From the NCBI RefSeq assembly GCF_036321535.1, contig NC_087436.1:7254001-7318000 (forward strand): a stretch of 64,000 nucleotides of DNA, written 5' to 3'. The notes beneath the pieces were generated by a model that saw only the letters and a list, made by a program, of their open reading frames with translations, did no database searches and was not told where the DNA came from. The stretch is from Camelus dromedarius. Taxonomy: Eukaryota. The stretch's first letter is position 1. Every line of letters begins with the position of its first letter. Position numbers and translations under genes: made by a program. Of this stretch, positions 48,814 to 62,249 are shown one piece after another.

Positions 48814-49346
48814 TGACAGTGACCGAGAGGGTCTTACTGTCACCCTTAGTGTGACTGAACTTTGGACAGGCTTCTTCCTGACTCTAGGTCCCCCACCTCC
48901 CATTCCTTAGAGCATTTACTTTAGAAAACTTATAACTGTAAATTCTTTCTCTGCTCCCTTGAGATATCAATCTTTTCAATAGCCTCTTGTCAGTTTTACA
49001 ACCCAGGAATGCTTTCTCAAAGACTCTGAAATGTTACCAGCAGCCCTGTCTCCTGGTCTCTATGGGAGGGTTGGTACCTGACTTGGGTGGGGACTTTGTT
49101 CCAAGTTACATAGAGATGAGAGGTTTAATTTGCTTTGGAATCAAGTCAGTTGGAAGATAAATCTGACCTATAATTTCTTCCTAATGCCCTCCAGTAACAT
49201 ACTTTTCTACAAGCTCACTCCAGGGCTTAAAAATCCTCTCACTCTTGGATTCAGCAGAGTCAAGTTCAGACTGACTTCTGACCTCTATTTCCTATAAAGT
49301 CTTCCTTGCTTGTTTAATTTTGTCTAGTGCAATTTTTGCTTTGACG
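48814..49346 (+). mobile_element. ERV1 (MER4-group-like) solo LTR
   Basis: actttggacaggcttcttcctgac...cttagagcatttactttagaaaactt...ataaagtcttccttgcttgtttaa...tttttgctttgac; start uncertain by a few bp. Confidence 0.7.
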
Positions 49347-50488
49347 ATAATGATGGTTTTCTTAGATTTGAAGATCAGGTCAAAGAAAGATGGTACCAGT
49401 GGGAGGAGGGGAGAGGAGAGGGGTGTGCTTTGGGTGAGGGACCTCACTGAGCTCGGACATTTGGGATTTGAGATGGTGATTGATATTCAAGTGAAGAAAT
49501 GGCCCTGGTGGTATGTGGAGCTGAGGGTCAGTCAGCATGGGGTGATGTTAAAGTGTTGATAATGTGTTATCTTCCTGAAGAAGCAGACACAAAGAAATGG
49601 GTTAAGGGCTAGAATGGAAGCTTTGGTAATGGTGGCGGAGGGCTAGGAGCTGTCATGAGATGAGATAAAGGGGACCCCAGTAAACAACATAAATAAAAAT
49701 GGAGAAAACAGCTTGGGTTCTAGCTGCAAGGCCATTGGTTAATGCCTAAAAGAGCATTTCATTAGTAGAGAGGTGACAGAGGGACTTTTAAAGGGGGCAT
49801 GTATAGCAAAGAACAGAGGCAAAAATATTACACAAATCATTTGGACCAAAACAGAGAGTTAAGTAGGAGCTTAGAATAAAATTCTTTTTTCCTAAAATTC
49901 ATGTGACTAAAGCTTTTATTAAAGGTAGACTTAAAAATATAACATGAGATATTGGTAATCAAGATACTAGATATGAGTTATTTTTGGTGAGTGATTTTAT
50001 CCTTTCAGTGAATGATTTGAGTGCATGGTGTGTTTAATGTATAACTTTCTTTCTTGTGAAAATAAACTTTTGTCTTTAAAAAGGCATCTTATGAGGCTGG
50101 CAATTTATTTTCTTTTAAGCAGTAAATTGGAAAAGAAAATGAAGCAAATTTTTATAACTTCTTTTTATTAAAAGGAAAATTATTCATAATAGATGGAAAG
50201 ATTTCTTCCCAGCCAGTGAGCAGCTTAGGGTAAGTCAGGGGCAAGTGCCTGTTAGAGAAAACGAATGGATGGAGAAAGTGTTTTAGAAAGAAAATGCTTT
50301 ACATAGCTCAAGAAAAGGAGAGAAAAAAGGTAAATAACATTTTTTCCCTAAAATTTGGATTTTTAAAGGAATAGTAGTGGTAAAGGTAATATTATTATAG
50401 CCTCTTTAAAAGTGATTTTTAGTTTGGCTATATATGCATATTAGTTTATACTCATATGGGTGCTTCCTAAGAGTTAGGCACCTTTTAA

Positions 50489-50672
50489 AAAATTGAAGTA
50501 CAGTTGATTTACAATGTTGTGTTAATTTCTAGTGCATAGCATACTGATTCAGTTATATGTATATATACATACTCTTTTTCATTATAGGTTATTACAAGCC
50601 ATCAAATATAGTTCCCTGTGCTATAGAGTAGGTCCTTGTTGTTTATCTATTTTATATATAGTAGTTTAGTGC
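50489..50672 (-). mobile_element. Short young L1 3' end inserted in a MIR (~50450-50850)
   Basis: TSD taggcac(c)ttttaa at 50475-50488 and 50673-50685; MIR core cccattttcctgatgaggaaattgg follows. Confidence 0.85.
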
Positions 50673-50869
50673 TAGGCACTTTTAATTCACTTAATACTCA
50701 CACTGACTCTGTGAGGGAAGTACAATTAATATTCCCATTTTCCTGATGAGGAAATTGGCAGGTTAAGTCACTTACCCAGGGTTGCTCGTACAGGCGGTGG
50801 AGTCAGGTGAGTATCCAGGTAATCCAGAGCCAAAGTCCGTGTCCGCCACCCCTGATGGCCTCTTGTAGT

Positions 50870-51312
50870 GGAGGCAGGAAAGAGAGATTTACTGTGAGGA
50901 ATTGGCTCATGGGACCGTGTAGGCTGAGAAGTCCAAGCTGCAGTAGGCAAGCTGGAGACCCAGGGAGCTGATGGTGGAGTGTCCATCCAACTCTCAGGGC
51001 CTGAGAACCAGAAGAGCCAATGGTATAAACTTCAGTCTGAGTCTGAGTCCAAAGTCAGGAAGAGACCAACGTCCCAGCTTGAAGACAGTCAGGCAGTGAG
51101 AAAGAAATCTTCTTTTCAGCTTTCGATTCAGTAAGTTCTTGAACAGATTGGATGAGGCCCATCTTCATGCCGGAGGACAATCTGCTGTCCTCAGTCTACA
51201 AGTCAAACGTTCATCTCATCCAGACCCCCTCACAGACGTACGTGGACAATGTTTAACCAACACTTGGGCGCCCTGTGGCCCAATTAAGTTGACACATAAA
51301 ATTAGCCATCAT
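50870..51312 (-). mobile_element. ERVL LTR (MLT2B-like)
   Basis: gaggaattggctcatg...aggctgagaagtcc...gattggatgaggccca...aagttgacacataaaattagccatca. Confidence 0.85.
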
Positions 51313-53292
51313 GGGTGTGATGCTGTCTCTTTTGCTCTCCTGCATTTTTTCAATCTTCAGTGAAGGGCTGAAATTCCACAACTGTGTGTGCTTGTTGTGC
51401 TAGAAGTTTCTGAGGAGTCAGTGAAGCTGTGCTTTGATCAGGTTGAAGGATGCTTGAACTTCTACTTCCATGCAACAGAGGAGGCCAGATGGCCTCTGGG
51501 TTGCATGTTATGTATGGATTTCAAAAAAATAAATTATTTGATGTGTTCAACTAATACGCAAGGCACTGTATTAAGTATGCTTAAATACACAAGCGGGGTG
51601 GGTTTGCTGCTATCAGAGAGCTTATAATCTGGTAGGAAAGAGAGAACTCTTACTAGAAAATACTTTGGCTTAGAGTTAGGGGTAAAAATAAAATAAATGC
51701 TAATGACTGTGTTCAGAAAGGATGAAGGGCCAAAGATGTGAAAAGAGAAAGGAAGTTATCAATAACAAAGACATAAACACTTATAAGTGGTTGGCTTGAG
51801 CAAGGGTTATGTAATGTATTGGATGAGATTGGGAGATCATTTTTACTACTCCAGAAATTCTGGTATGTTTGCATATAAAAGACACATAAGATGACAAATG
51901 TTCCTGAAGATCACAGAATCCTGTGTGTGTACTTCTTACTTCTAAGCTCTCCTGCCTTATTGTGAGGGTCACTCTCAATCAAAGGCAGGCTCCCCCACAC
52001 CTCCCTGGTCTCTCTTACATCCCTTCTCTCTCTTCTTTATGGATAAGAGTCACAAATTTCAGTCTGTCCCCCCCCGCCACCACACACACACCCTGTGTCT
52101 GGGTCTCCACCATCTTTTTCTCTACAACATGGCATCTGTCAAGGCTGTTGGGAAAGCCCTCCACAGCCACACGGGCCAATCTGAGCTCTCTGCCTACTAG
52201 TAAATGCTGTTCAGATATCCCACAGCAAAGCACGATGAGGTACAGAAAGCATCTCTTTGAAGTGGGAAAGCAGGAAAGCATCATAATTGCATCCCTGGCT
52301 TTTGAACAATGACGTATTCATGTGCGTGCCCATGTGTTTGTATCCTATGTCACAGGGAAACAGTATGACTTCAGGCATTGTCTTATACCTTCGTGGTATT
52401 GAGGACAGGGATAAAGTAAGGCCAGGGCAAAGGAATACCAGATTTCTCCACAAATTTGTTTTATTTTTGTAAGTTCTAATTCTAGGGTTAGAGTTACTTT
52501 TAATTACCTATCCACTGCAGGAAGTGTGTGGCCTGAGGCTATCCTTTGGGAAGACATAATACTGGTGCCATATTTAAGCCCTTGTTATTGCATCTAAGAA
52601 GATTTTAGTTGCTTTGACTCACAGTCTCACTAAGATGAGTCAGAAAGAACACAGGCAGGTGTGGCACAATATAGCTTATTAAAGACCTCAGTTGTTGATC
52701 TGTGAAACCAGAGGAGATTCAGAGCTTCCCCTGAATTTTGCAGGAGGACTTTGAGTTCAAGGCAGGGACACTCATTAACAATCTTTCTCCCTTTCTCAAG
52801 AGAGATCAGATCTACCAAGCCAAGGAATTGCTCCTTATTCTGAAAACTGTGTTTCAGCTAAGCAGATCTGGCTTGAGTCTAGTCATCGGTAGGCCTAAAA
52901 GTGATCTCAACATCACAAATTATTAGAGAAATGCAAATCAAACTACAGTGAGGTATCACCTCACACCAGTCAGAATGGCCAATATTAAAATGGCCACAAA
53001 CGATAAATGCTGGAGAGGCTGTGGAGAAAAGGGAACCCTCCTACACTGTTGGTGGGAATGTAGTTTCGTGCAGCCACTATGGAGGACAGTATGGAGGTTC
53101 CTTAAAAAACTAAAAGTAGACTTACCGTATGATCCAGCAATCCTACTCCTGGGCATCTATGCAGAGAAAACTCTAACTCAAAAAGATACATGCACCCCAA
53201 TGTTCATAGCAGCACTATTTACAGTAGCCAAGACATGGAAGCAACCTAAATGTCCATTGACAGATGACTGGATAAAGAAATTGTGGTATATA

Positions 53293-53372
53293 TGTATGTA
53301 TATGCATCTGGTGTACATTATGCTGTACACCAGAAATCGATGCATTGTAACTGACTATATTTCAATTAAAAA
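53293..53372 (+). mobile_element. ~80-bp L1 extreme 3' end nested in the L1
   Basis: gctgtacaccagaaat...cattgtaactgactatatttcaattaaaaaa flanked by aagaaattgtggtatata / aagaatatatggtacata. Confidence 0.75.
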
Positions 53373-53764
53373 AGAATATATGGTACATACATACAATGGA
53401 ATATTACTTAGCCATAAAAATAATGCAATTTGTAGCAACATGGCTGGACCTAGAGATTATCATATTAAGTGAAGTAAGTCAGATAAAGACAAGTATTGTG
53501 TGATATCACTTATATGTGGAATCTAAAAAAAAATGATACAAATGAACTTATTTACAAATCAAAAATAGACTCACAGACATAGAAAATAACATATAGTTAC
53601 CAAAAGAGAAAGGGGTTGGGGGGGAGAGATAAATTAGGAGTGTGGGATTAACATATATACACTACTGTATATAAAATAGGTAAACAACAAGGACCTATTG
53701 TACAGCACAAGTAACTATATTCAATATCTTATAAGAACATATAATGGAAAAGAATCTAAAAAAA

Positions 53765-53804
53765 TGTGTGTGTGTGTGTGTGTGTATCTATCTATCTATC
53801 TATC
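53765..53804. repeat. Compound microsatellite (TG)10(TATC)5
   Basis: Read directly from the sequence. Confidence 0.9.
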
Positions 53805-54557
53805 TTAATCACTTTCCTCTAAACCAGAAATTTACACAACATTGTAAATCAGCTAGATGTCAATAAAAAAATTCTTAGAGTAAAAAAAAGTTCATACACT
53901 AAATGCTCATTTTAGTCAGTCAGGAATGAACATGGGGAATTAGGAATAGATACATGGTTATTTTTTCTTTAGATTAGGAAGCATTGCTGTTGTTAGTCAG
54001 CATTCTGTTCTTGTCACATAACCTGCCTGCTTCTCAGTGAGCCATTTCTTCCATCTCTTTGTCACTTTAGGGGACTGTTGGCAGAGAAGAGCAGTATGAT
54101 GTTGGCTGAAATTGGGTTCATACACATTACAATTACTGTGTGATTCTTGGCCTTAACCGAGCACAGCCTTAAACCTTGTCTACAAGACACATATATTGCA
54201 ACCAAAGTTTTTTTTTCTTTTTTGGTGTAAAATTGTATAAGGTAATATAAAATATCTGGATATTTTAAAACTTACTTTTCAATGGCTACCATACATTTCT
54301 TCATATCTCAAAAGCCATAATGCCAACATATCCATGAAGATGAAAATATTAGTGACAAAAATGATTGTGGGATTCATACACTTAGTTCTTGTTCTTAAGT
54401 TCTGTACTCTTTTCTTTATTTGAACTTCATCCATGCCTCATATGTTATTTTATTCCTCTGACTTGTTTCATGGTCCTCTAATTCATTCCACTCTTTACCT
54501 GTTCATTTTACTGATTTTGGCCACTTCACTCTCCTTTGGCTATTTCCAAGATACAGT

Positions 54558-54594
54558 TGTGTGTGTGTGTGTGTGTGCTCGCGCGTGCATGTGC
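54558..54594. repeat. (TG)10 microsatellite with alternating purine-pyrimidine extension
   Basis: Read directly from the sequence. Confidence 0.85.
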
Positions 54595-55214
54595 TCTTCT
54601 TAGAAACTCAGCCCCACCCTTATCTAGGGAATACTTCGGTGAGATAGGCTTGTTTACTTTCTCATTTGAGATTTTTTGTTTTTCAGAACAGTTCTCGCTT
54701 CACGGAAAGAGGGTGAGGTGGGTGAGGGATGAGGAAGTTACCATCTTGTAGTCTATTTTAGCTCCATTTATGAGTCAGGAACATTTATCGATAACTTCAA
54801 CAGAGGATCTGTCAACTATATACTGTGTGAAAACGATCAGGTGTGAGGGTTAAGAAAAATATCCTTAGCTTCAAATAGTCAGCTACTTCTCAATTATATA
54901 GACAACAAAAGGAGTTACCAAGAATATATTATTTGTGCCAAATGTTCCAAGATAAATGGGAATATGCAAACAATAAGACAAAATTCAGAGCTGCAGGCCA
55001 TTTTTAGCTCTGAATGTAATCATTAATCATGATAGTCTGAAGTTTTCACATGGGTAAAAAGTGCCCTGCAGGTTGAAATGCGCCGGGAGGAGTGTTTCTG
55101 TCACTAAGATTCTGCTGTCCACTTCCTGTACTAGTTCTTGGTAAAATGAGTTTATGTACTCTTACAGATAGAACATTTCAGTCTCAGTCAGGAATAAAAA
55201 GGGCATTTTCATGG

Positions 55215-57870
55215 GTTAGTTGAGGGATAATTGACATACAATAAACAGTTCACATCAAAAAGTATAAAATTTGATGAATTTTGACACTTGTGAAACCATC
55301 ATCATAACTAAGACATTGAATGTATCTGTCATCCTCTCAAGGTTTCCTTGTGCCTGTGTGATGCCCCTCCCCCAACACTCCACTAACCCTAAGGCAACCC
55401 CTGGCCCGCTTTCTGTCAACATAGATTAGCTAGCACTTTATTTGAGTTTTATATCAAAGGAGTCAGTATGCCCTCTACCTTGGCTTCTTTCACTGAGCAT
55501 AATTGTTTTGAGATTCACAGATGTGGTGCATAGCAATAGTTTATTTCTTTTCATTGGCAAACAATATTTCATAGCGTGAATACATTCATCTGTCTGCTCA
55601 TTTCTCTTTGGTGGCCTTTTGAATTGTTTCTGGTTTGAGGCTATTAGAAATAAAAGTTCTAAGATCAGTTATGTACAAATCTTTGTGTAACATAAGCTTT
55701 CATTCATTTGTGTAAAAACCTAGGAGCAGAATGGCTGGATCAAATGGTAGAAGGATGTTTAACTTTTTGAAGGAAATATGCACAGTTTTCCAGAGTGGCT
55801 AAATCATTTTACATTATCAAAGCAGGCATGAGAGTCCCAGTTTCTCCGTGTTCTTGCTGACACTTGCTATCCTCAGTCTTTCTAATTTTAATCCTTCCAG
55901 TGGGTACGTAGTGGTATCTCAGTGTGGTTTCATTTGTTTTCCTTTTAAAGAATAAAGAAGCTGAGCATTTCATCATGTGTGAATAAATATCTGTATATCT
56001 TTGGTCAAGTGTCTGTCCAAACCTTTGCTTATCTTGTTCACTACTAGTCTTCTTATTGAATTGTAAGAACTTACATGTCCTACATACAAGTCCTTTATTG
56101 GATGTGTGTTTTGCAAATATTGTCTCCAAGTCTGTGGATTGCTCCTATATTTTCTTAACAATCTCATATGAAGAATAAACCTTTTAAATTTAAATTAAGT
56201 CTAATTTATTGATTGTTTTCGTTAATGTCTTTTTGTATGCTATTTAAAGCATCATTGCCAACCCACGGTTACTAAGGCTTTTTCCCTAGGAGTTCTCCTA
56301 GAAATGTAATAGGTTAAACTCTGATATTTCAGTCTATAATTAGTTTTTTTTTAAATATGATGTCCAGGGAATGATTAAGGCTTCTGTTTTTTAAAATAAA
56401 GTTATCCCATTGCTCTAGCACAATTTGTTGGAAGGATTATTATTTCCCCATTGAGTGGCCTTGGCACTTCTGTTAAAATCCATTGACCATACGTGTGTAA
56501 ATCTATTTCTGGACTCTCTATTTGGTTGCATTGAATTACATGTCTAACTTTATGTCAATATCACACTTTCTTGATTAATGCAGTTTTGTAATGTATTTTA
56601 AAATTGGATAGCATAAATCCTCCAGCTTTGTTCTTTGCTTTTAAAAATCATTTTGGCTTTCTGAGGTCTTGTGCATTTGCATAGAAAAGAGTCAGATGGT
56701 CTGTTTCTATTAAAGACCTACTGGGATTTTGTTTGAGATTGCATTAAATTTATACAACAATTTAGGAAGAATGAAATCATAACAATAATTGGTGTGACCC
56801 CTGAAAATGGTATGCCTCTTCATTTTACATCTAAATTTTCTCTCATCCATGTTTTATAATTTTCAGTGTATAAGTATTACATATAGTTTGTCAAATTTAT
56901 CCTTAGATATTAAAAAAATTTCATGCTATTATAAATGGTATAGTTTAAAATTTTACATTTCTGATTGCTTGTTACCAGTTTGTAGAACTGTAATTGATTT
57001 GTGTATACTCATTTTGCAAACTTTGCTAACCTTTGTTACTAGTTCTAGTAGATTTTCGGAAATTCCTTAAGATATTTTACATATATGTTCATGTTAAGTG
57101 CAAATTTTCTTTATTCTTCAATCTGTGTGTTTTTTATTTCCTTCTTTAATGCACTGCCTAGGATGGCCAGTACAATGTTAAATGAAATTATCAGGGTGAT
57201 TTAGTGAATTTTATGTTGTCTGGTTCTCGGATTTTTGTATTCTTTCGCATATTTTTTTGAAATTTGTTCTATGGTTTATCTAAGTTCCTTGAAAACAGCA
57301 TAGTGGCCTTTAGCCTGGAGCTAATTTGGCTCCACTATTGAGATAATCCCTTTCTGAATACGTAACCTGTTGTCTCACGCATTAAGAGACTTCTGCACTC
57401 CAGCTGTTAGGAGGATGAATTTTCGCAGCCTGCAGTGATCTCTGGAATTGCTTCACCAAACCTCACACGCAAGTGCTTAAAAGCACTCAGCGGAAGACTC
57501 AAGAGAAATCCCTTGCAGGTTTTCAGACTTCTCTCTCTGTACCACTCTCCTGTTTCTTACTCTGACCTAGAAACTCTAGCTTCTTTGGATTCCCTGAATT
57601 CTCAACTCTGTCTCTTCAATTCAGGAAGACTCCCAGGGTCTGTTTGGTTTCCACTGTTCTGTGCTGAGACCTAGGAACTCTGCAGACAAGTAAGCTGGAG
57701 AAATTTTAGGCCTCACATCATGTATTTCCTTTTGTTCAGGAATCACTCCCCTGAGATGACTTTTGTCCAATGTCTGAAAACTGTGGTTTCACATATTTTG
57801 TTGAAGTTCTTTATGGTGATGGTAAAACTTGTTCCTGTTAACTTCACCATGGCCAGAAGCAAAAGTCTTA
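55215..57870 (-). mobile_element. Old L1 (L1MB-like 3' UTR and ORF2 3' half), followed from ~57200 by an old L1 5' UTR segment
   Basis: tgagggataattgacatacaataaac...; minus reading ETIFAKHTSNKGLV, TLRYHYVPT; right end ggccagaagcaaaagt resembles an L1MD-type 5' terminus. Confidence 0.75.
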
Positions 57871-57914
57871 GGTGTATTTTGAGTTCATAAAATTTGTCAG
57901 ATTTATTAGAACCC

Positions 57915-58440
57915 ATTCAGTTGACTCATTCAGACCCATTTAGAAACAGAAAGCCAACTCAACTTCCTAAAATAGCTGAAATTTGGAAAAAAGCTCATCT
58001 AAGTCGGAGGTAAAAGGTAGATAATAGTATATTTAGGTTTAAAGATAGGATGAAAACACACTCTCTTTCTGCCTCATATTTGCTTGCTTTCTTGTATCTG
58101 CTGGCTTAATTTTCAGAAAGCCTCTTTCTATGGAGTGAAAAGATGACCTGACAGCTTTAATCTTATGTGAAACTTGAAATGCTGAACTCAGAGGAAGGGT
58201 GAACTTTTTCCCCAGTAACTTTGGTAATGTTATTTGAGGGAATTCTGATTGGCCCAGTTTAACTTTCAACTCTGAAGCAGTCACTGTGCTCAAGGCATTG
58301 CATACTCTGATTTGCTGGGCTGGTCTGGGTCTCCTTGCCAGGGAGGAAATAAAAGTCAGTCATACCAGGAATGTCATGAATTGTGGAGGATTATTTAGGG
58401 CAGGAAGGGAGTGATTCCACAAAGCAAGGGCTGTTGGGGA
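57915..58440 (-). mobile_element. Old MaLR LTR (MLT1J/K-like)
   Basis: gctggcttaattttcagaaagcc...aattctgattggcccag. Confidence 0.45.
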
Positions 58441-58490
58441 AATACAAATGGGATGTCTGCTCTCTTTAACCCATAATATGATTTAGGGCA

Positions 58491-59030
58491 TGCATTAATT
58501 ATCTATCTCTGCATAACCAATTACTCCAAAATTCAGCAGCTTAAAAGAGCAAATATTTGTTATCTAGTAGTTTTTGTGAGTCAGGAATTTTAAAGTCAGA
58601 GTTATCTTTAGTTGGAAGGTTCTGGCTCAGGTTTTGCCTTTTAAGTTACAGCCAACAATTGGAAAGGGCTGCTGTCATCTGAAAGCTTGATTGGGGATGA
58701 GGGTGAGTGGGCTCTACTTCCAGGCTCACTCTCTTGCTTGTTGGCAGCCTTTAGATCTTTGCTGGCTGTTGGCTGGAAATCTCAGTTCCTCACCATGTGG
58801 AGCTCTCTGAAACTGCCTGAGTGGTCTCAATACATCACAGCTGAATTTCTAAGAGAGAGTTTTTTTTTTTTTTTGATACTTTAAAGGGAAGCTACAGCCT
58901 TTTCATAACCTAATATCAGAAATGATACATCACTTCTGCCATGGTCCACTCAAGGGGAAAAGAGTTAAATTCCATCTCTTGAAGGGAAAAATATTTGAAA
59001 AACTGTGGACATATTTTTATCACAACCACT
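58491..59030 (-). mobile_element. MaLR LTR (MLT1F-like)
   Basis: tgcattaattatctat...ttactccaaaattcagcagcttaaaa...tctcagttcctcaccatgtgg...catcacttctgcca...ggacatatttt. Confidence 0.75.
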
Positions 59031-60103
59031 GGACTTTTATAAGTAGAATTTATTACTGACAATAATCACAAGGACTTTCTTTTTTTTTTTTCTCCAGTTC
59101 TTTCTTCACATATCAATTTACCTGCTTTGTGGTCTGAAAAAATAAGACATATTAAAGTCTCAAAAAGAAAATAATATTGAACTTTAGAAATACCAAATAT
59201 TTTTGCTTCTTGTAATGGTGGTAATAATTAGTTGATAATAATCTGGGTTGCTTTAGGAATAGAAAGAAGTCTAAAGATATGCTGATACATAATATTTCAA
59301 ACATTTTAGAATATTTCAAATTTAGAAAACCTTACAGAATGGAAAAAGTAACTGCAAACTTTTGCCTTCAGAGACTTAATATAAGTCTGTATCTGTAAGC
59401 TTCAACTGAGGTTACTGCCAAGTTCACTACAATGTGAAGGAGATGAATTATACATGATACCTGTGTTCCATTTAAAGTGTGGTTTGTGGACACCGACTCT
59501 GCCATATTTTACAAATAATTTCTACCTTGTGTAGACATTTCTAAAAATGTCATGTGGCAAAATCTTTAGAAAGATAAAAGCATGACTATTAATTAAAGTT
59601 ACCTTAATAATGGCCAAATTACTAACTAAAGTTACTTTAGTTGCTTCAATTTCCTAACAGTGAAATATATACCTTGACTGTAACCTGTTACCTTTTCTCA
59701 AATTTAATATGTTTACTATAAGAAAGGGGCAGAAAATATTTTAAAATGCTTTCTCTTCCCTTTGCTTTAATTCTAAATTTTCTTCATTTCAATGGAAATT
59801 TAAAGAGAAAAGTGCCTACATGAATAATAGCTGTGAACATTTCTTCAGCTTTAGGCCTGAAGATTAAAAAAAAAAGACTGTTGTCAAAGCTGCTCTCATT
59901 AAACCAGTTCTGTGTGTGCACAAGGCTGTATCAATGGTAAACTTCAATTCGTTTCCATTCTGGCCTGTTCTCTTGCCTAGAAAGAATAGCTCTTACAGAT
60001 TCCTGTGTGCTTCTAGGGGACACTCTGCATTTAGAGGAAAGCATATGCATTCTGTGTTGGTCTGTGTGCATGCATATGTGCACTGTTTCTCTTTTAATTA
60101 TAT

Positions 60104-60296
60104 CAGCAATGCTCTAAATTTAACATGCTTCACAGTCACCTGGAGGGCTTGTTAAAACACAGCTTGCTTTAACGCACCACTCCCCAGAGTCTCTCATGCA
60201 CTAAGTTAGAGTTGATACTTGAGAATTTGCCTTTCTAACAAGTTGCCAGGAGATGCTGATGATACTGGGCTGTGGGTCACACTTTCAGAATCACTA
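60104..60296. mobile_element. MER5A-like hAT MITE
   Basis: tcacctggagggcttgttaaaacacag...gagaatttgcctttctaacaagttgccaggagatgctgatg...cacactttcagaatcact. Confidence 0.85.
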
Positions 60297-60329
60297 AATT
60301 ATTCTAATGGCGGTAATTTGCTTTGCTTC

Positions 60330-60527
60330 TTATCTATTTGTTTTTAATTGAAGTGCAGTCAGTTACAATGTGTCAGTTTCTGGTGCACAGCACAGTGTCC
60401 CAGTCATGTGTATACATGCATATATTCATTTTCATATACTTTTTCATTAAAGGTTATTACGAGATAGTGAATATAGTGCCCTGTGCTCTACAGGAAAAAT
60501 TTTTAAAAATCTATTTTTATATATAGT
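60330..60527 (-). mobile_element. Short young L1 3' end
   Basis: tttttaattgaagtgcagtcagttacaatgtgtcagtttctggtgcacagc, homologous to 9945-10212. Confidence 0.85.
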
Positions 60528-62099
60528 GTTGAATGCTTATTTTGAAGATTTGTTCATGTCAGTATGGTTGAAATGACACCATTCTCTTCTGGACACAGCT
60601 CTATGGGTATACCATAATGTAGTTAATGTGTCCTTATTGATGGATGCTTCAGTTGTTTCAATTTTGAAGCTTTAATGTGTGCAGGTAAATTGGTCAATAC
60701 TCAATATTCTAAAATTGGAAATTTTCCTAACATATAGTTCACAAATCAATTCACAAAAAAAAATGAATTAAAGAAAAGTTCAACTTGTAGAATATCCAAT
60801 TTGATGAATTTACCAATTATAGTTCTATCAAGAGTGTTTTGATAGCTTGAACAGAAATGATTTAACAGCTTTATAAAAATATTCAATTTTGATTACTGGT
60901 GACACGTCCTTTTCTTAAAATGAACTAAAGTAAGATTAGTATGTTACTGATGAAACTAGCTAAAGAATATTAAAACTGCGTACAGACTATTGAAATAGCA
61001 GTTGGTACATACAGAGATACTTTGGAGATATTGTGGGTTTGGTTCCAGACCACTGCAATAAATTGATATCTCAATAAAGCAGGTCACACTTGTGTTTCCC
61101 AGTGCATATAAAAGTTATATTTACACTATACTGTAGTCTGTTAGGTGTGCAATAGCATTATGTCTAAAAACACAACGTACATACCTTAAACATACCTTAT
61201 TGTTAAAGAATGCTAACCATCATCTGAGCCTTCAGCAAATCATCTTTTTGCTGGTAGAGGGTCTTGCCTTGATGTTGATGGCTGCTGACCAATGTGGTGA
61301 TTGCTGAAGGTTGGGGTGACAGTGACAATTTCTTAAAATAGGACAACAATGAAGTCTGCCTCACCAACTGATTCTTCCTTTCAGGAACAATTTCTCTGCA
61401 GCATGCAATGCTGTTTGCTAGCGTTTTACCCACAGTAGAACTTCTTTTAAAATGGGAGGCAATCCTTTCAAACCCTGCTGCTGTTTTATCAATGAGTTTA
61501 TGTAATATTCTAAATCCTTTGTTGTCATTTTATCAATCGTCACAGCATCTTAACCAGGAGTAGATTCCATCTCCAGAAACCACTTTGTCTACTCATCCAT
61601 AAGAAGAAACTCCTCATCTGTTATCATGAGATTGCAGAAATACAGTCACGTCTTCAGGCACCACTTCTAGCTCTATTTCTCCTGCTAATTCCACCACATC
61701 TGCAGTTACTTCCTCATCTGAAGCCTTGAACCCTCAAAGCTTTCCATGAAGACTGGAATCAAGTTCTTCCAAACTTCTGTTCATGTTGATGTTTTGATCT
61801 CTGCACCACAAATATTCTTAATGGCGTCTAGAATGGAGAATCCTTTCCAGAAGGTTTTCAATTGACTTAGCTCAGACCTATCAGACGAACCACCATCTAT
61901 GGCAGTTATAGCTTTATGAAATGTATTTCTTAAAGAATAAGACTTAAAATTTGAAATTATTTCTTGATCCATGGGCTGCAGAATAGATGTTTTTTTATCA
62001 GACTGTAAAATGAAATTAGTCTACTTGTACAACTCTGTTAGAACTCTTGAGTGACCAGGGCATTGTCAATGATCAGTAATATTTTGAAAGGAATCTTTT

Positions 62100-62249
62100 A
62101 AAAAAAATCTTCATTTATTTTATTTTATTAGGGGGAAAGGTAGTTAGGTTTACTTATTTTGTTTATTTTTAGAGGAGGTACTGGGGATTGAACCCAGGAC
62201 CCTGTGTATGCTAAGCATGTGGTCTACCATTTGAGCTATATCCTCCCCC
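62100..62249 (-). mobile_element. Vic-1-like SINE nested in Tigger1
   Basis: Perfect TSD ttgaaaggaatctttt at 62084-62099 and 62250-62265. Confidence 0.92.

Larger units (their letters stand above)
52905..53890 (+). mobile_element. Young 5'-truncated L1 (ORF2 C-terminus plus 3' UTR)
   Basis: ORF 52948-53472 [44 protein letters not shown] is the L1 ORF2 cysteine-rich end; A-rich tail ~53865-53889. Confidence 0.92.

Noticed and set aside
52948..53472. 174-aa ORF as a host gene
   Set aside because: It is the L1 ORF2 C-terminus of a 5'-truncated copy, reading into a nested insert.
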